A DNA stretch of 49,072 bases. It comes from Macrostomum lignano (taxonomy: Eukaryota). Every line of letters begins with the position of its first letter. The stretch's first letter is position 1. Below the pieces are notes generated by a model, which was not told where the DNA came from, made no database searches, and saw only the letters and a program-made list of their open reading frames with translations. The stretch is taken from the NCBI GenBank assembly GCA_002269645.1, contig NIVC01002669.1, forward strand, positions 1 through 49,072, read 5' to 3'. Shown here piece after piece: positions 12,685 through 23,069 of the stretch. The position numbers and the translations under genes were made by a program.

Positions 12685-13140
12685 CAGCACCAAGGGGCTT
12701 TAGCACCAAGGGGCTTTAGCACCAAGGGGCTTTAGCACCAAGGGGCTTTAGCACCAAGGGGCTTTAGCACCAAGGGGCTTTAGCACCAAGGGGCTTTAGC
12801 ACCAAGGGGCTTTAGCACCAAGGGGCTTTAGCACCAAGGGGCTTTAGCACCAAGGGGCTTTAGCACCAAGGGCTTTAGCACCAAGGGGCTTTAGCACCAA
12901 GGGGCTTTAGCACCAAGGGGCTTTAGCACCAAGGGGCTTTAGCACCAAGGGGCTTTAGCACCAAGGGGCTTTAGCACCAAGGGGCTTTAGCACCAAGGGG
13001 CTTTAGCACCAAGGGGCTTTAGCACCAAGGGGCTTTAGCACCAAGGGGCTTTAGCACCAAGGGGCTTTAGCACCAAGGGGCTTTAGCACCAAGGGGCTTT
13101 AGCACCAAGGGGCTTTAGCACCAAGGGGCGCCAGCACCAA
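12685..13140 (+). repeat. 16-bp minisatellite TTAGCACCAAGGGGCT, ~28 copies; last unit is a GGCGCCAG variant
   Basis: Directly visible. Same family as the inverted array at 28891-29120. Confidence 0.97.
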
Positions 13141-13563
13141 TGATTGTTTGACGTTAGCTACGCGCCACTGCATGTACAGTATAAATAGAATGGTACATAC
13201 TAGCTACTAAACAATATGTATATGTAATATGTAATCACGAATCGCTGCTTGGTAATTCGCCTCTTTCAAAGATGTTCATTTGAACAGGAGAAAAGAAGCA
13301 AGAACTGCAACCAACACCGCCCAATAAATGCTGTTTTAAATTTTAAGAGTGGGGAGCCGGGGCTGGAGGCATATCCCGCGCTTATATTTTAATTTTACTT
13401 TGAATTTCCGGTTTTATTTCAATTTTAGTTGACACAAAGTTGACGCCATTTTTTACGAGCGTAATGATAATTTTCCGGGAAAAAAGTTCATGTGGGACTT
13501 TGTTAGGTCGGTGCAAGTCAGGAATATCGTCGGCTCGATTAACAGGCAGCTTTCAGCGTCTTC

Positions 13564-13833
13564 CTAGAAGCCCTGAGGGACTTCTGGCTGCGGCTTTGGC
13601 GGTCGCGGGTACAGCATCCCGGCGCTGTTCGGCAGGCTGCAGCAGCAATAGCCGGTGGGGCTGCCGCGCCTCCAGAAGCAGACGTTCCCGCCGCAGCAAT
13701 CGGAGTTGCGCTTGCACGGCGCCTGCCAGCCGATGCCCCAGTGGCAGCGGCTCGAATCCACGGCCGAATCGGCGGCGGCAACGAAAGCGACAACCAGCAG
13801 TAGCAGCAGGAAGGTCTTGCTCGAGTTCGGCAT
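13564..13833 (-). CDS. Small secreted cysteine-rich (knottin/ICK-like) peptide precursor, 89 aa, single exon
   Basis: MPNSSKTFLLLLLVVAFVAAA is a signal-peptide-like leader. It is followed by DSAVDSSRCHWGIGWQAPCKRNSDCCGGNVCFWRRGSPTGYCCCSLPNSAGMLYPRPPKPQPEVPQGF*, giving C-x9-C-x5-CC-x4-C-x10-CCC. The exon is a GC-rich island with TATA/CCAAT elements upstream. Confidence 0.75.
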   Translation of the reverse strand: MPNSSKTFLLLLLVVAFVAAADSAVDSSRCHWGIGWQAPCKRNSDCCGGNVCFWRRGSPTGYCCCSLPNSAGMLYPRPPKPQPEVPQGF

Positions 13834-13938
13834 TGTCCAGATATTGGTCTTGAGCTTTAGTGCAGTATCGTATCGATAGGCGGATTTGGATTCTGGCGAG
13901 TTGAGTTCGAGAACTACATCGATGGAGCATCGATCGCC

Positions 13939-13995
13939 TATATAGACTTTGGTGCGAGTGGAGGCGCGGCTGGCGGGCGGACCAATTGGCCAATT
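13939..13995 (-). promoter_or_regulatory. Putative Pol II core promoter of the Cys-rich peptide gene (TATATA box, GC-rich stretch, CCAAT boxes)
   Basis: TATATA at 13939-13944, ~105 bp before the ATG. GGCGGGCGG and CCAATTGGCCAAT at ~13972-13995. Confidence 0.45.
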
Positions 13996-14683
13996 ACGGG
14001 GCAGGTTAATCATCACAGGAAAGCTATTTGGGAGAATTTACTCTGTTCTGACTGCGCAATTCTTCCCGAATGGGTTTCTGGGGCTCCCACATAGATCAAA
14101 GAGAGAGAGACAGAGCGGTGTCGCCACCTGCTCCAGGGGACTTACTCCAGGGGCATAGCTTAATCACACTTATAATTACGGCTGTTGCCAATCTTTACTC
14201 TTAAAATCAATTTTTCCTCAATTCCGATTTGGAAATAATTGTTGCTTTGACGACTCGGGATAATCGGCGCTGATAGTAGTAATTGCCGACCAAACAGCAT
14301 TTATAAGGTGATTTAAAGGACTCGATATTAATTCGTATTTAGTATTTATTGCCAGCATTATGCACTGCATGCTGATTAAAATAATTTTTCAAATTGGTTA
14401 AGGACTTCTTCATATAGTAAATTTTAGCAAGATATTTCTTTTTTGTTGAGTTTGGCAATAAAATGCATATGCAAATGAAAATGGGATAAACATTTTCAGC
14501 TTTTGAGGCAGGAAAACTTCAATTACGAGCTTATATTCCACTTCTGGCTTCTTGATCATTTAAAAATTGTGCTAGCACTGGTATGCTTCAATACTGACTT
14601 CACAAACATCAACTATTGCTGTTTTCATTTCTGAATTCCAAAGCAGCTCAGCTGAAAACGCGTCCGATTCTCGCGCCACGAGT

Positions 14684-15045
<362 letters not shown>

Positions 15046-15700
15046 TGAAAAAAGGGAATTATGTATTCCAAAATTATTTAAAACAGTCTCTTAATTCTCA
15101 TACAGAAGTTACAAGTTTTCAAGATAAATTTATAAAAAATTACCGCTTACAAACTACTGTTGAAATAAGTCGATAGTAGTACGCAAAAGAATTTTGTTGG
15201 CAGAATTTGAAAATGTTAATCGCAGTGAAAGCGAAAAATATAAGGAGGCTGCACTCGCACTCGGGAACTTTAAACTTTCTGTCAAGTCTGTCTGTCAAAC
15301 TTTTGGAAAGAAATTCAGATATTTTTAAAAAGTTTTCTTGCACTAAATTTGCTCATTAATAACGTACCTTCTGAGCTTTCGAACTTCAAATGAGGCAAAA
15401 ATGTTTTTGTGTGTTTGTCTGATTGTTTTGTTTTTTTAAATATAAGGACAGGTGGCACAACAAGTACTCTTCCTCCAAACCGATTTTTTGAAGAGTTTCC
15501 TTTTATATGGCATTTAATAGGGCCTTGCCATAGACTAATTCGGTCCAGAATAATCCCTCTGGAGAGAGACTTAGCCCTGGCCAATCAGTGAGACCCAATG
15601 ACCCGGATGACCCCTGATTCTCGATCTGCCCAAAAGAAGCGGCTTCCAGCAGGGGAAGGCATTGTCAGTCAGACTAAAGGAAAGCCAAACACGCCCGATC

Positions 15701-17260
15701 ATGGTTGCACCGTCGGTACCCGGCAGCTGGCGTCGCCTTCTGCTTCGTGCCCATCGGCTGCGCCGCGAGCGACGCCGACGCCGACGCCGTCAGCGCCGTT
15801 TAGCGTCGCTGCTGCCGCCGCTGCTGTTGCGCCTGTTGCGGGCTCTGGCACCGTTGCGGCGCCGACTGCGCTGGCGAGTTGACTCCGACGGCGACAGTGG
15901 AGGAGGTGGCTGTTGCTGCTTCCGTCTGCTGCTCGAGTGGCAGCGAACTACGGCTGGCAGAGCGGATGAAGCAGCGGCTGAGGACTCGCTGTGGATGGCT
16001 CAGTGGCCGCATCAGCAACGGCAGCAGCGGCAGTCAGCCGTCAGGTGCCAAGTCTTTCTGATTATCCATTTTTTCACTTACTTGAATCAGCAGGGGGTTC
16101 CGGGCATACAGCGGGGAGGCGTTGCCGCCCATTCCTCGAACCCCTGGCGACCACGGGCAGCTGGTGTCCACGTTAGTGTCCACGTTAGTGTCCACGTTAG
16201 TGTCCACGTTAGTGTCCACGTTAGTGTCCACGTTAGTGTCCACGTTAGTGTCCACGTTAGTGTCCACGTTAGTGTCCACGTTAGTGTCCACGTTAGTGTC
16301 CACGTTAGTGTCCACGTTAGTGTCCACGTTAGTGTCCACGTTAGTGTCCACGTTAGTGTCCACGTTAGTGTCCACGTTAGTGTCCACGTTAGTGTCCACG
16401 TTAGTGTCCACGTTAGTGTCCACGTTAGTGTCCACGTTAGTGTCCACGTTAGTGTCCACGTTAGTGTCCACGTTAGTGTCCACGTTAGTGTCCACGTTAG
16501 TGTCCACGTTAGTGTCCACGTTAGTGTCCACGTTAGTGTCCACGTTAGTGTCCACGTTAGTGTCCACGTTAGTGTCCACGTTAGTGTCCACGTTAGTGTC
16601 CACGTTAGTGTCCACGTTAGTGTCCACGTTAGTGTCCACGTTAGTGTCCACGTTAGTGTCCACGTTAGTGTCCACGTTAGTGTCCACGTTAGTGTCCACG
16701 TTAGTGTCCACGTTAGTGTCCACGTTAGTGTCCACGTTAGTGTCCACGTTAGTGTCCACGTTAGTGTCCACGTTAGTGTCCACGTTCTAGAAAATAAATC
16801 TCACGAATTCGAATCTCATTCAAGGCTGTGCTCCAGCAGTATCGATGGCTCTGCCAAATCGACCAATGGCTACCAAAAGACGCAGCAGCAGCAACAGCAA
16901 CAGCAGCAGCAGAAACAGCAGCATTACCAGAACCTAGAGCAGCCATGTTACCCAGCAGCAGCTCAAACCAACCCTTTGGGTCAGCACTGGGTCACCCGTT
17001 CGGCCACGTTTCCTTGTGGAGCAGCAGAGGCCGCCTCCATTTGGCCTCCTTCGCCATTTCTGCCACCACCAACACCGCCACCGCCGCCGCCACCGCCGCC
17101 GCATCAGCAGCTGCAGCAGCGACCGAAGGCTCCAGGAGGTCGCTACTTGAGAAGTCTGTCCTACTGGTGCGGCGGCGGCAGCCCTTCCAGCACCTGCTCA
17201 GTAGACGAGGCCGGACTAGCGACTGCTGCTGGGACGGGACTCAGGGGTGGTCGATTTTGA
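15701..17260 (+). CDS. Hypothetical low-complexity (Ala/Gln/Pro-rich) protein; exon structure unresolved
   Basis: GC-rich coding-like blocks at ~15700-16160 and 16791-17260 (polyQ, polyP, ends ...GLRGGRF*). A single frame is open across the 12-bp array. No recognisable domain. Confidence 0.35.
   Translation: MVAPSVPGSWRRLLLRAHRLRRERRRRRRRQRRLASLLPPLLLRLLRALAPLRRRLRWRVDSDGDSGGGGCCCFRLLLEWQRTTAGRADEAAAEDSLWMAQWPHQQRQQRQSAVRCQVFLIIHFFTYLNQQGVPGIQRGGVAAHSSNPWRPRAAGVHVSVHVSVHVSVHVSVHVSVHVSVHVSVHVSVHVSVHVSVHVSVHVSVHVSVHVSVHVSVHVSVHVSVHVSVHVSVHVSVHVSVHVSVHVSVHVSVHVSVHVSVHVSVHVSVHVSVHVSVHVSVHVSVHVSVHVSVHVSVHVSVHVSVHVSVHVSVHVSVHVSVHVSVHVSVHVSVHVSVHVSVHVSVHVSVHVSVHVSVHVSVHVLENKSHEFESHSRLCSSSIDGSAKSTNGYQKTQQQQQQQQQQKQQHYQNLEQPCYPAAAQTNPLGQHWVTRSATFPCGAAEAASIWPPSPFLPPPTPPPPPPPPPHQQLQQRPKAPGGRYLRSLSYWCGGGSPSSTCSVDEAGLATAAGTGLRGGRF
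16164..16786. repeat. Homogeneous 12-bp tandem array (GTGTCCACGTTA) x ~52
   Basis: No variant units seen until the terminal GTTCTAG. Confidence 0.98.
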
Positions 17261-17467
17261 CAGCTGATATACCGCACTGCTTTGCTCAGTCAAGTGGATA
17301 ATTCAGCTATCAAGCTGATCAAGTTGAGAATCACCAATGTAAAACGTTCTTAAATATCACGCGGTTTCCTATTGGCTGGAGTCATTTATTAACTTTGCTG
17401 CTATCCTGCTCACTATTTTATGCATTGGTTCTTTATGGCCCGTGTATCAATGCTGTGATTTACCTAT

Positions 17468-18293
17468 GTCCCACTCTGACCCCCCCCCCCATTGGAGTCC
17501 CACTCTGATCCCATTGGAGTCCCACTCTGACCCCATTGGAGTCCCACTCTGACCCCATTGGAGTCCCACTCTGACCCCATTGGAGTCCCACTCTGATCCC
17601 TTCGGAGTCCCACTCTGACCCCATTGGAGTCCCACTCTGACCCCATTGGAGTCCCACTCTGATCCCATTGGAGTCCCACTCTGACCCCATTGGAGTCCCA
17701 CTCTGATCCCATTGGAGTCCCACCAGCTGATCCAATTGGAATCCCACTCTGACCCCCATTGGAGTCCCACTCTGATCCCATTGGAGTCCCACCAGCTGAT
17801 CCAATTGGAATCCCACTCTGACCCCCATCGGAGTCCCACTCTGATCCCATTTGGGTCCCACTCTGATCCCATCGGAGTCCCACTTTGAACCTTCATTGGA
17901 GTCTCACTCTGATCCTGATCCCATTGGAGTCCCACTCTGACCCCCATCGGAGTCCCACTCTGACCCCCATCGGAGTCCCACTCTGATCCCATTGGGGTCC
18001 CACTCTGGTCCCATCGGAGTCCCACTCTGACCCCCCATTGGAGTCCCACTCTGATCCTGATCCCATTGGAGTCCCACTCTGATCCTGATCCCATTGGAGT
18101 CCCACTCTGATCCCGTTGGAGTCCCACTCTGATCCGATTGGAGTCCCACTCTGATCCGATTGGAGTCCCACCAGCTGATCCAATTGGAGTCCCACTCTGA
18201 TCCTGATCCCATTGGAGTCCCACTCTGATCCCATTGGAGTCCCACTCTGATCCCATTGGAGTCCCACTCTGATCCCATTGGAGTCCCACTCTG
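17468..18293. repeat. ~22-bp minisatellite GGAGTCCCACTCTGA[T/C]CCCATT with insertion variants (CCAGCTGATCCAATT, TCCTGA)
   Basis: Directly visible. It explains the GSEWDSN ORFs. Confidence 0.95.
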
Positions 18294-19270
18294 AAAAAAA
18301 TCTATAGCCCTTCTAAATATCTAGTTGTGATTGCAAACCAATTTAGGTACAGGAGTAGAATAGCATTATTACTAAAACACCCCAAACCCCCAGTTCGGAT
18401 CCCAGAGCGGCCCCTCCGGCTGCACAGATTCAGACAGTTCAAACCGCAGAGTGCAAAATGTTGTTGGCCAGATCTCTGAGACTGGGACAGACGGGCACCA
18501 AATAATTTTCGACCCCAAGGCTAAAATTCCACGAGAGGATCCGCCCATTCACCCCCACCCCCCAGTTCCGCTGTTACCCTACATCTTAAACCCGCTAAGC
18601 CAATAATTCCATTGGCAAAGTGCACCCCGCGGTTGCGTGACTGTCAGACCCAGCTGCCGCCGCCGAACAAACAGTCGGAATCTCGGAAGAAAAAAATTTC
18701 TAACAAAAAACGTCGTCTTGAACGGTTAACAACCGGCATTCCTTCCTATTTTTTTCTGCTGATTTTTAAAGCGAAAATAGCAAACCAGTTCCCTGTGTTG
18801 GTAGTAAAACAAAAATGCTATAGGCAGGCTTGCTTCGGCGCTTACCATCTTTCTTGCTAGCATTTTGTAGGGAGAAATTACGCTAACAAACAAACCATTC
18901 GATGAGAGGATCGGGTTGAATCAATTCTATTCTGCATGGTTCTTTTCTGGCAGCCGGCTACTGATCTTAATCTTCTTGCTTTCCCGATTCTTTTCCCGCA
19001 GTAGATTGCGGCTCCTGCCGACTGACCTACGGATAATTGATTGCCGCTGATGTATCTGCATCCTGTGTGTGATAACAGGCAATGCAATTGCGCCATTGTT
19101 CAAGCATTCAGCAAGGATTTTTTATGATAATATTTCTCCAGTAATTGGATAAAAATATTTGTTATCTGCCGTTCTTGAGGGCGCAACTTAGCTTCTTGGT
19201 GCTCAGCGAGTAACAAAAAAAACGAAATTGTGCTTTTGTGTCAAGTAAATCCGATAAATATAGCATGGTT

Positions 19271-19538
19271 AGTGAGGGTCTGAAAGGGACGGAGAGTGGG
19301 GTGGGTGAGTGAGGGTCTGCGAGAGGCGAGGAGTGGGGTGGGTGAGTAAGGGTCTGCGAGAGGCGAGGAGTGGGGTGGGTGAGTAAGGGTCTGCGAGAAG
19401 CGGAGAGTGGGGTGGGTGAGTGAGGGTCTGCGAGAGGCGGAGAGTGGGGTGGGTGAGTAAGGGTCTGCGCGAGGCAAGGAGTGGGGTGGGTGAGTGAGGG
19501 TCTGAAAGGGACGGAGAGTGGGGTGGGTGAGTGAGGGA
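19271..19538. repeat. ~37-40 bp G-rich tandem repeat GAGTGGGGTGGGTGAGT[A/G]AGGGTCTG...
   Basis: About 7 copies visible. Confidence 0.9.
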
Positions 19539-19564
19539 TTGAAGGATGTAATTGCTCCGATAGT

Positions 19565-20825
19565 CTACAGAATGAGAGTTGCAGGTAGTGGCGGCTCAGC
19601 AGACTCGTCGCAAACCGGGTTGTCATAGCAACTTAGCGAAAGCGCGTCCACATCGGAGTCGCAGTCTGCGTGGGATCGAAGTCGGACCACCCCGGAACCG
19701 GCGGATCTGTACAGCGAGTTCAGAATCTCCGGCGGGCAGTCGAACTCGACCTCCTCGGGCTCGAAGGAACTCGTCGGCGAACCCTTGGCCGCCGCCGCTG
19801 CCTCCAGTTGTCGAAGCCGCACCGACGTGTGCTTGAGCCACTGCGGAGTCTCGCAGCAGTCGTGAAATTCGGCCTCGCTGTAGTGGCCTGAGGGCTCGTC
19901 GCAGCCCAGCACCCAGGAGCCGCGCTTCCGCCGGTAGCGGGAGGAGGCCATGGCGGTTGCAGCGGCGGGCTGTGGCGGGTCGAACCAGTGCAACGGTACG
20001 TCCAGACTGTCGTCGTCGTTGTTCCCGATGCCGCCGACGACGTCGGGCCGGGTTGACATTCCGACCCCACAGATGGCCTGACGAACTCGGAGCTGGTCGA
20101 TCAAGGCCTCCGCTGGGTCAGCCGGCGTTGCGAACTGACGCAGGCCTGCGCAGCGTTGCGGGTGATGTGGCTTCTAGAAAAGCTGCGATGGTTGCTAATA
20201 GAAGTTGCCGACGTTGCTAGCTAGGGTAAGCTAAGTTTGTTGCTAGGGTAGGCTGCGTTGGTTACTAGGATAGCCCTGCGACGGTTGCTAGAGGAGGCTG
20301 CGGTGATTGCTACGGGTAACAGAGGTGGTTGCTAGGGAAGCTAAAGTGGTTGCTAGGGGAAGCTAAGGTTGTTGCTAGGGTAGACTGTTGTTGGTTAGTA
20401 GGATAGCCCGTGACGGTTGCTAGGGAAACTGAGTTGGTTGCTAGGGGAAGCTGGGGTGGTTGCTAGGAGAGGTTGTGATGGTTGTTAGAGGAGGCTGTCA
20501 TGGTTGCTAGGGAAGCTGTCATGGTTGCTAGGGGAGGCATCAAAGTTACCTGCAAGGTTAGGCCTGGAAAACAGCAGGGTGCCGGGCTCAGTTTCGGACG
20601 CGGTGGCCGGGCCGAAGATTCGCTTCTGCCTGGGCTGAAAGGCGATCCGCGAATTGTACGGCTGAGCTTCATCGATGACGCCGACGCTGGTGGCGGCGCC
20701 GGCGCCGTTTCCGACCGACTGAACAACGCGCACGGAGTCGACGTAATTAACGCGCCGAGTTACCTTGCCGCGCTGCTTCGTTGCGGCGCCGTCGGCGACA
20801 GCGCCGGTGGAGCGCTGGTGCCCAT
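19565..20825 (-). CDS. Hypothetical protein, 3-exon model (20825-20764, 20718-20550, 20173-19565), ~279 aa
   Basis: Donors are GTAACT (twice) and acceptors are TTCAG and TTTCTAG. Phases 2/0 join without frameshift: MGTSAPP...AAS|RSETAP...GLTLQ|KPHHPQ...LIDQLRVRQAICG...PATLIL*. An alternative N-terminal frame (MDSTTAAEIRR...) cannot be excluded. No recognised domain. Confidence 0.4.
20185..20535. repeat. Degenerate GGTTGCTAGG-based repeat filling intron 2 of the hypothetical gene
   Basis: More than 12 recurrences of (G/T)TTGCTA(G) visible. Confidence 0.75.
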
Positions 20826-21031
20826 GCGTCACTGGGAGATAAAACGCGCCGACATCTGCTGCCGAACGGTGAACGCCTCCGGCTGCATGTAAGGCCGCTG
20901 TCTCCGCAGCCAGGAAGCGACGAATTTCGGCAGCGGTGGTCGAGTCCAAGCTGCAGCAGGGCAGGCCGCATGCGTGGCCTGAAACATTTTAGATGCGAGT
21001 GAATGTTTTTGGGTTGGTTTTTGCGGTGAGC

Positions 21032-21273
21032 GTTTTTGGGGTGGGTGTTTTTGGGGTGGGTGTTTTTGGGGTGGGTGTTTTGGGGTGGGTGTTTTTGGGT
21101 GGGTGTTTTTGGGGTGGGTGTTTTTGGGGTGGGTGTTTTGGGGTGGGTGTTTTGGGGTGGGTGTTTTTGGGGTGGGTGTTTTTGGGGTGGGTGTTTTTGG
21201 GGTGGGTGTTTTTGGGGTGGGTGTTTTTGGGGTGGGTGTTTTTGGGGTGGGTGTTTTTGGGGTGGGTGTTTTT
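21032..21273. repeat. 15-bp G/T-rich minisatellite GGGGTGGGTGTTTTT
   Basis: About 16 copies visible. Confidence 0.95.
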
Positions 21274-21890
21274 CACGGAGTCATGGACTATTAATGAAAG
21301 GGCATGTCAACTTAAGCTCATAAAGTGAAGCCCGAGTAACCAATGTACACAAATTATACGTCATTCTGTTCAAAGTGACACCAGGAAGCTGGGTTTGGCA
21401 AAAAAGTGACAAAAATTGGACTTGGGATAGGGGATAACAACCAAGGGCATAATTAGGTACTCCACTTTATTAGCTTAAGTTGACATGCCCTTTCTTTTTC
21501 GGCAATTTAATGCACGAAGCTGTCTGGCATTGATGCGTTACCATATAATGGTGGTAGCTACCAATCGTAGCATTAAAATTATAGCATTTCTACTCATACA
21601 AGTAGTTTGTCTGTACCTGGCGGATCGTGGATGTAGATATTCTCTTCGGTGGACGGCTGTCGCGTCTTCCACTGGCGCCACAACTTGGGCAAATTCACCT
21701 GGAAATTAATAAATTCGAGAATTTTCTGTGCTATTCAAAAACTGTCTTATTCAAAAAGTTTTACGAGCTACGCCAAACCTTTTTCTGATGCTTCTTTTCC
21801 ACTGTGGATTCGATCTCGAATTCGAGCTTGATTTGTTGGGCTGAAAAATATGTTAATCTTTTTTGTGTATTGTAAATCAAAATTTCGGAG

Positions 21891-22437
21891 GGTGTAAGCT
21901 ATATTGCTTCAGGTGTAAGCTATATTGCTTCATATTGCTTCAGGTGTAAGCTATATTGCTTCAGGTGTAAGCTATATTGCTTCAGGTGTAGGCTATATTG
22001 CTTCAGGTGTAAGCTATATTGCTTCAGGTGTAAGCTATATTGCTTCAGGTGTAAGCTATATTGCTTCAGGTGTAGGCTATATTGCTTCAGGTGTAAGCTA
22101 TATTGCTTCAGGTGTAAACTATATTGCTTCAGGTGTAAACTATATTGCTTCAGGTGCAAACTATATATTGCTTCAGGTGTAAACTATATTGCTTCAGGTG
22201 TAAACTATATTGCTTCAGGTGTAAACTATATTGCTTCAGGTGTAAACTATATTGCTTCAGGTGTAAACTATATTGCTTCAGGTGTAAACTATATTGCTTC
22301 AGGTGTAAACTATATTGCTTCAGGTGTAAGCTATATTGCTTCAGGTGCAAACTATATTGCTTCAGGTGCAAACTATATTGCTTCAGGTGCAAACTACATT
22401 GCTTCAGGTGCAAACTACATTGGTTCAGGTGCAAACT
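21891..22437. repeat. 21-bp minisatellite TATTGCTTCAGGTGTAA[G/A]CTA with a polar variant gradient (AAGC to AAAC to GCAAAC)
   Basis: About 25 copies visible. Confidence 0.95.
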
Positions 22438-22853
22438 GCTTGATGCAAATTACTGATGAGAATATCAAAGCAAACTCTAATTCGAAACCAGAATGCTCAA
22501 AAGCAAAAAGCAAAATCAGTTATTAAATGCTGACTCACTGCTGCTGGAGCCCTTCTGTCGAGTAGATCTCTCGATTTTGGCGGCTGCAGTGGTTCAAATT
22601 AACCGAGTGGAGTGGCAAAAATTAATTTCTAGTTCGTATTCGGCCATTTTGCACTTTTTAGACTGGCTAAGAAGATCCGATCAATAAATAAATATGATGA
22701 GAAACTGCGCCTCAGATTCAAGGGTTGGGACACAAATTGAGCTGTGCCGATCGATATCCAAGCGGCTAATCATGAACAGTGCTCGGAATCTGCCGAGCGT
22801 GAGCTAGATGGCTCACCCCATCTGACGCTGGAGAGGCTGGAGTGAGCGACAGG

Positions 22854-23027
22854 ACAGAACAGAACAGAACAGAACAGAACAGAACAGAACAGAACAGAAC
22901 AGAACAGAACAGAACAGAATGGAACAGAACAGAACATAACAGAACAGAACAGAACAGAACAGAACAGAACAGAACAGAACAGAACAGAACAGAACAGAAC
23001 AGAACAGAACAGAACAGAACAGAACAG
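22854..23027. repeat. (ACAGA)n pentanucleotide microsatellite
   Basis: Directly visible. Confidence 0.97.
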
Positions 23028-23069
23028 TCTATTTAGCCAGAACCCATAACATTACAGAATGCAATGCAG

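Noticed and set aside
17447-18289. GSEWDSN-repeat proteins, and similar ORFs at 121-436, 14625-15071, 20989-21328, 21920-22456, 23189-23961 and 42193-42906
   Set aside because: All are overlapping multi-frame translations of tandem repeats.
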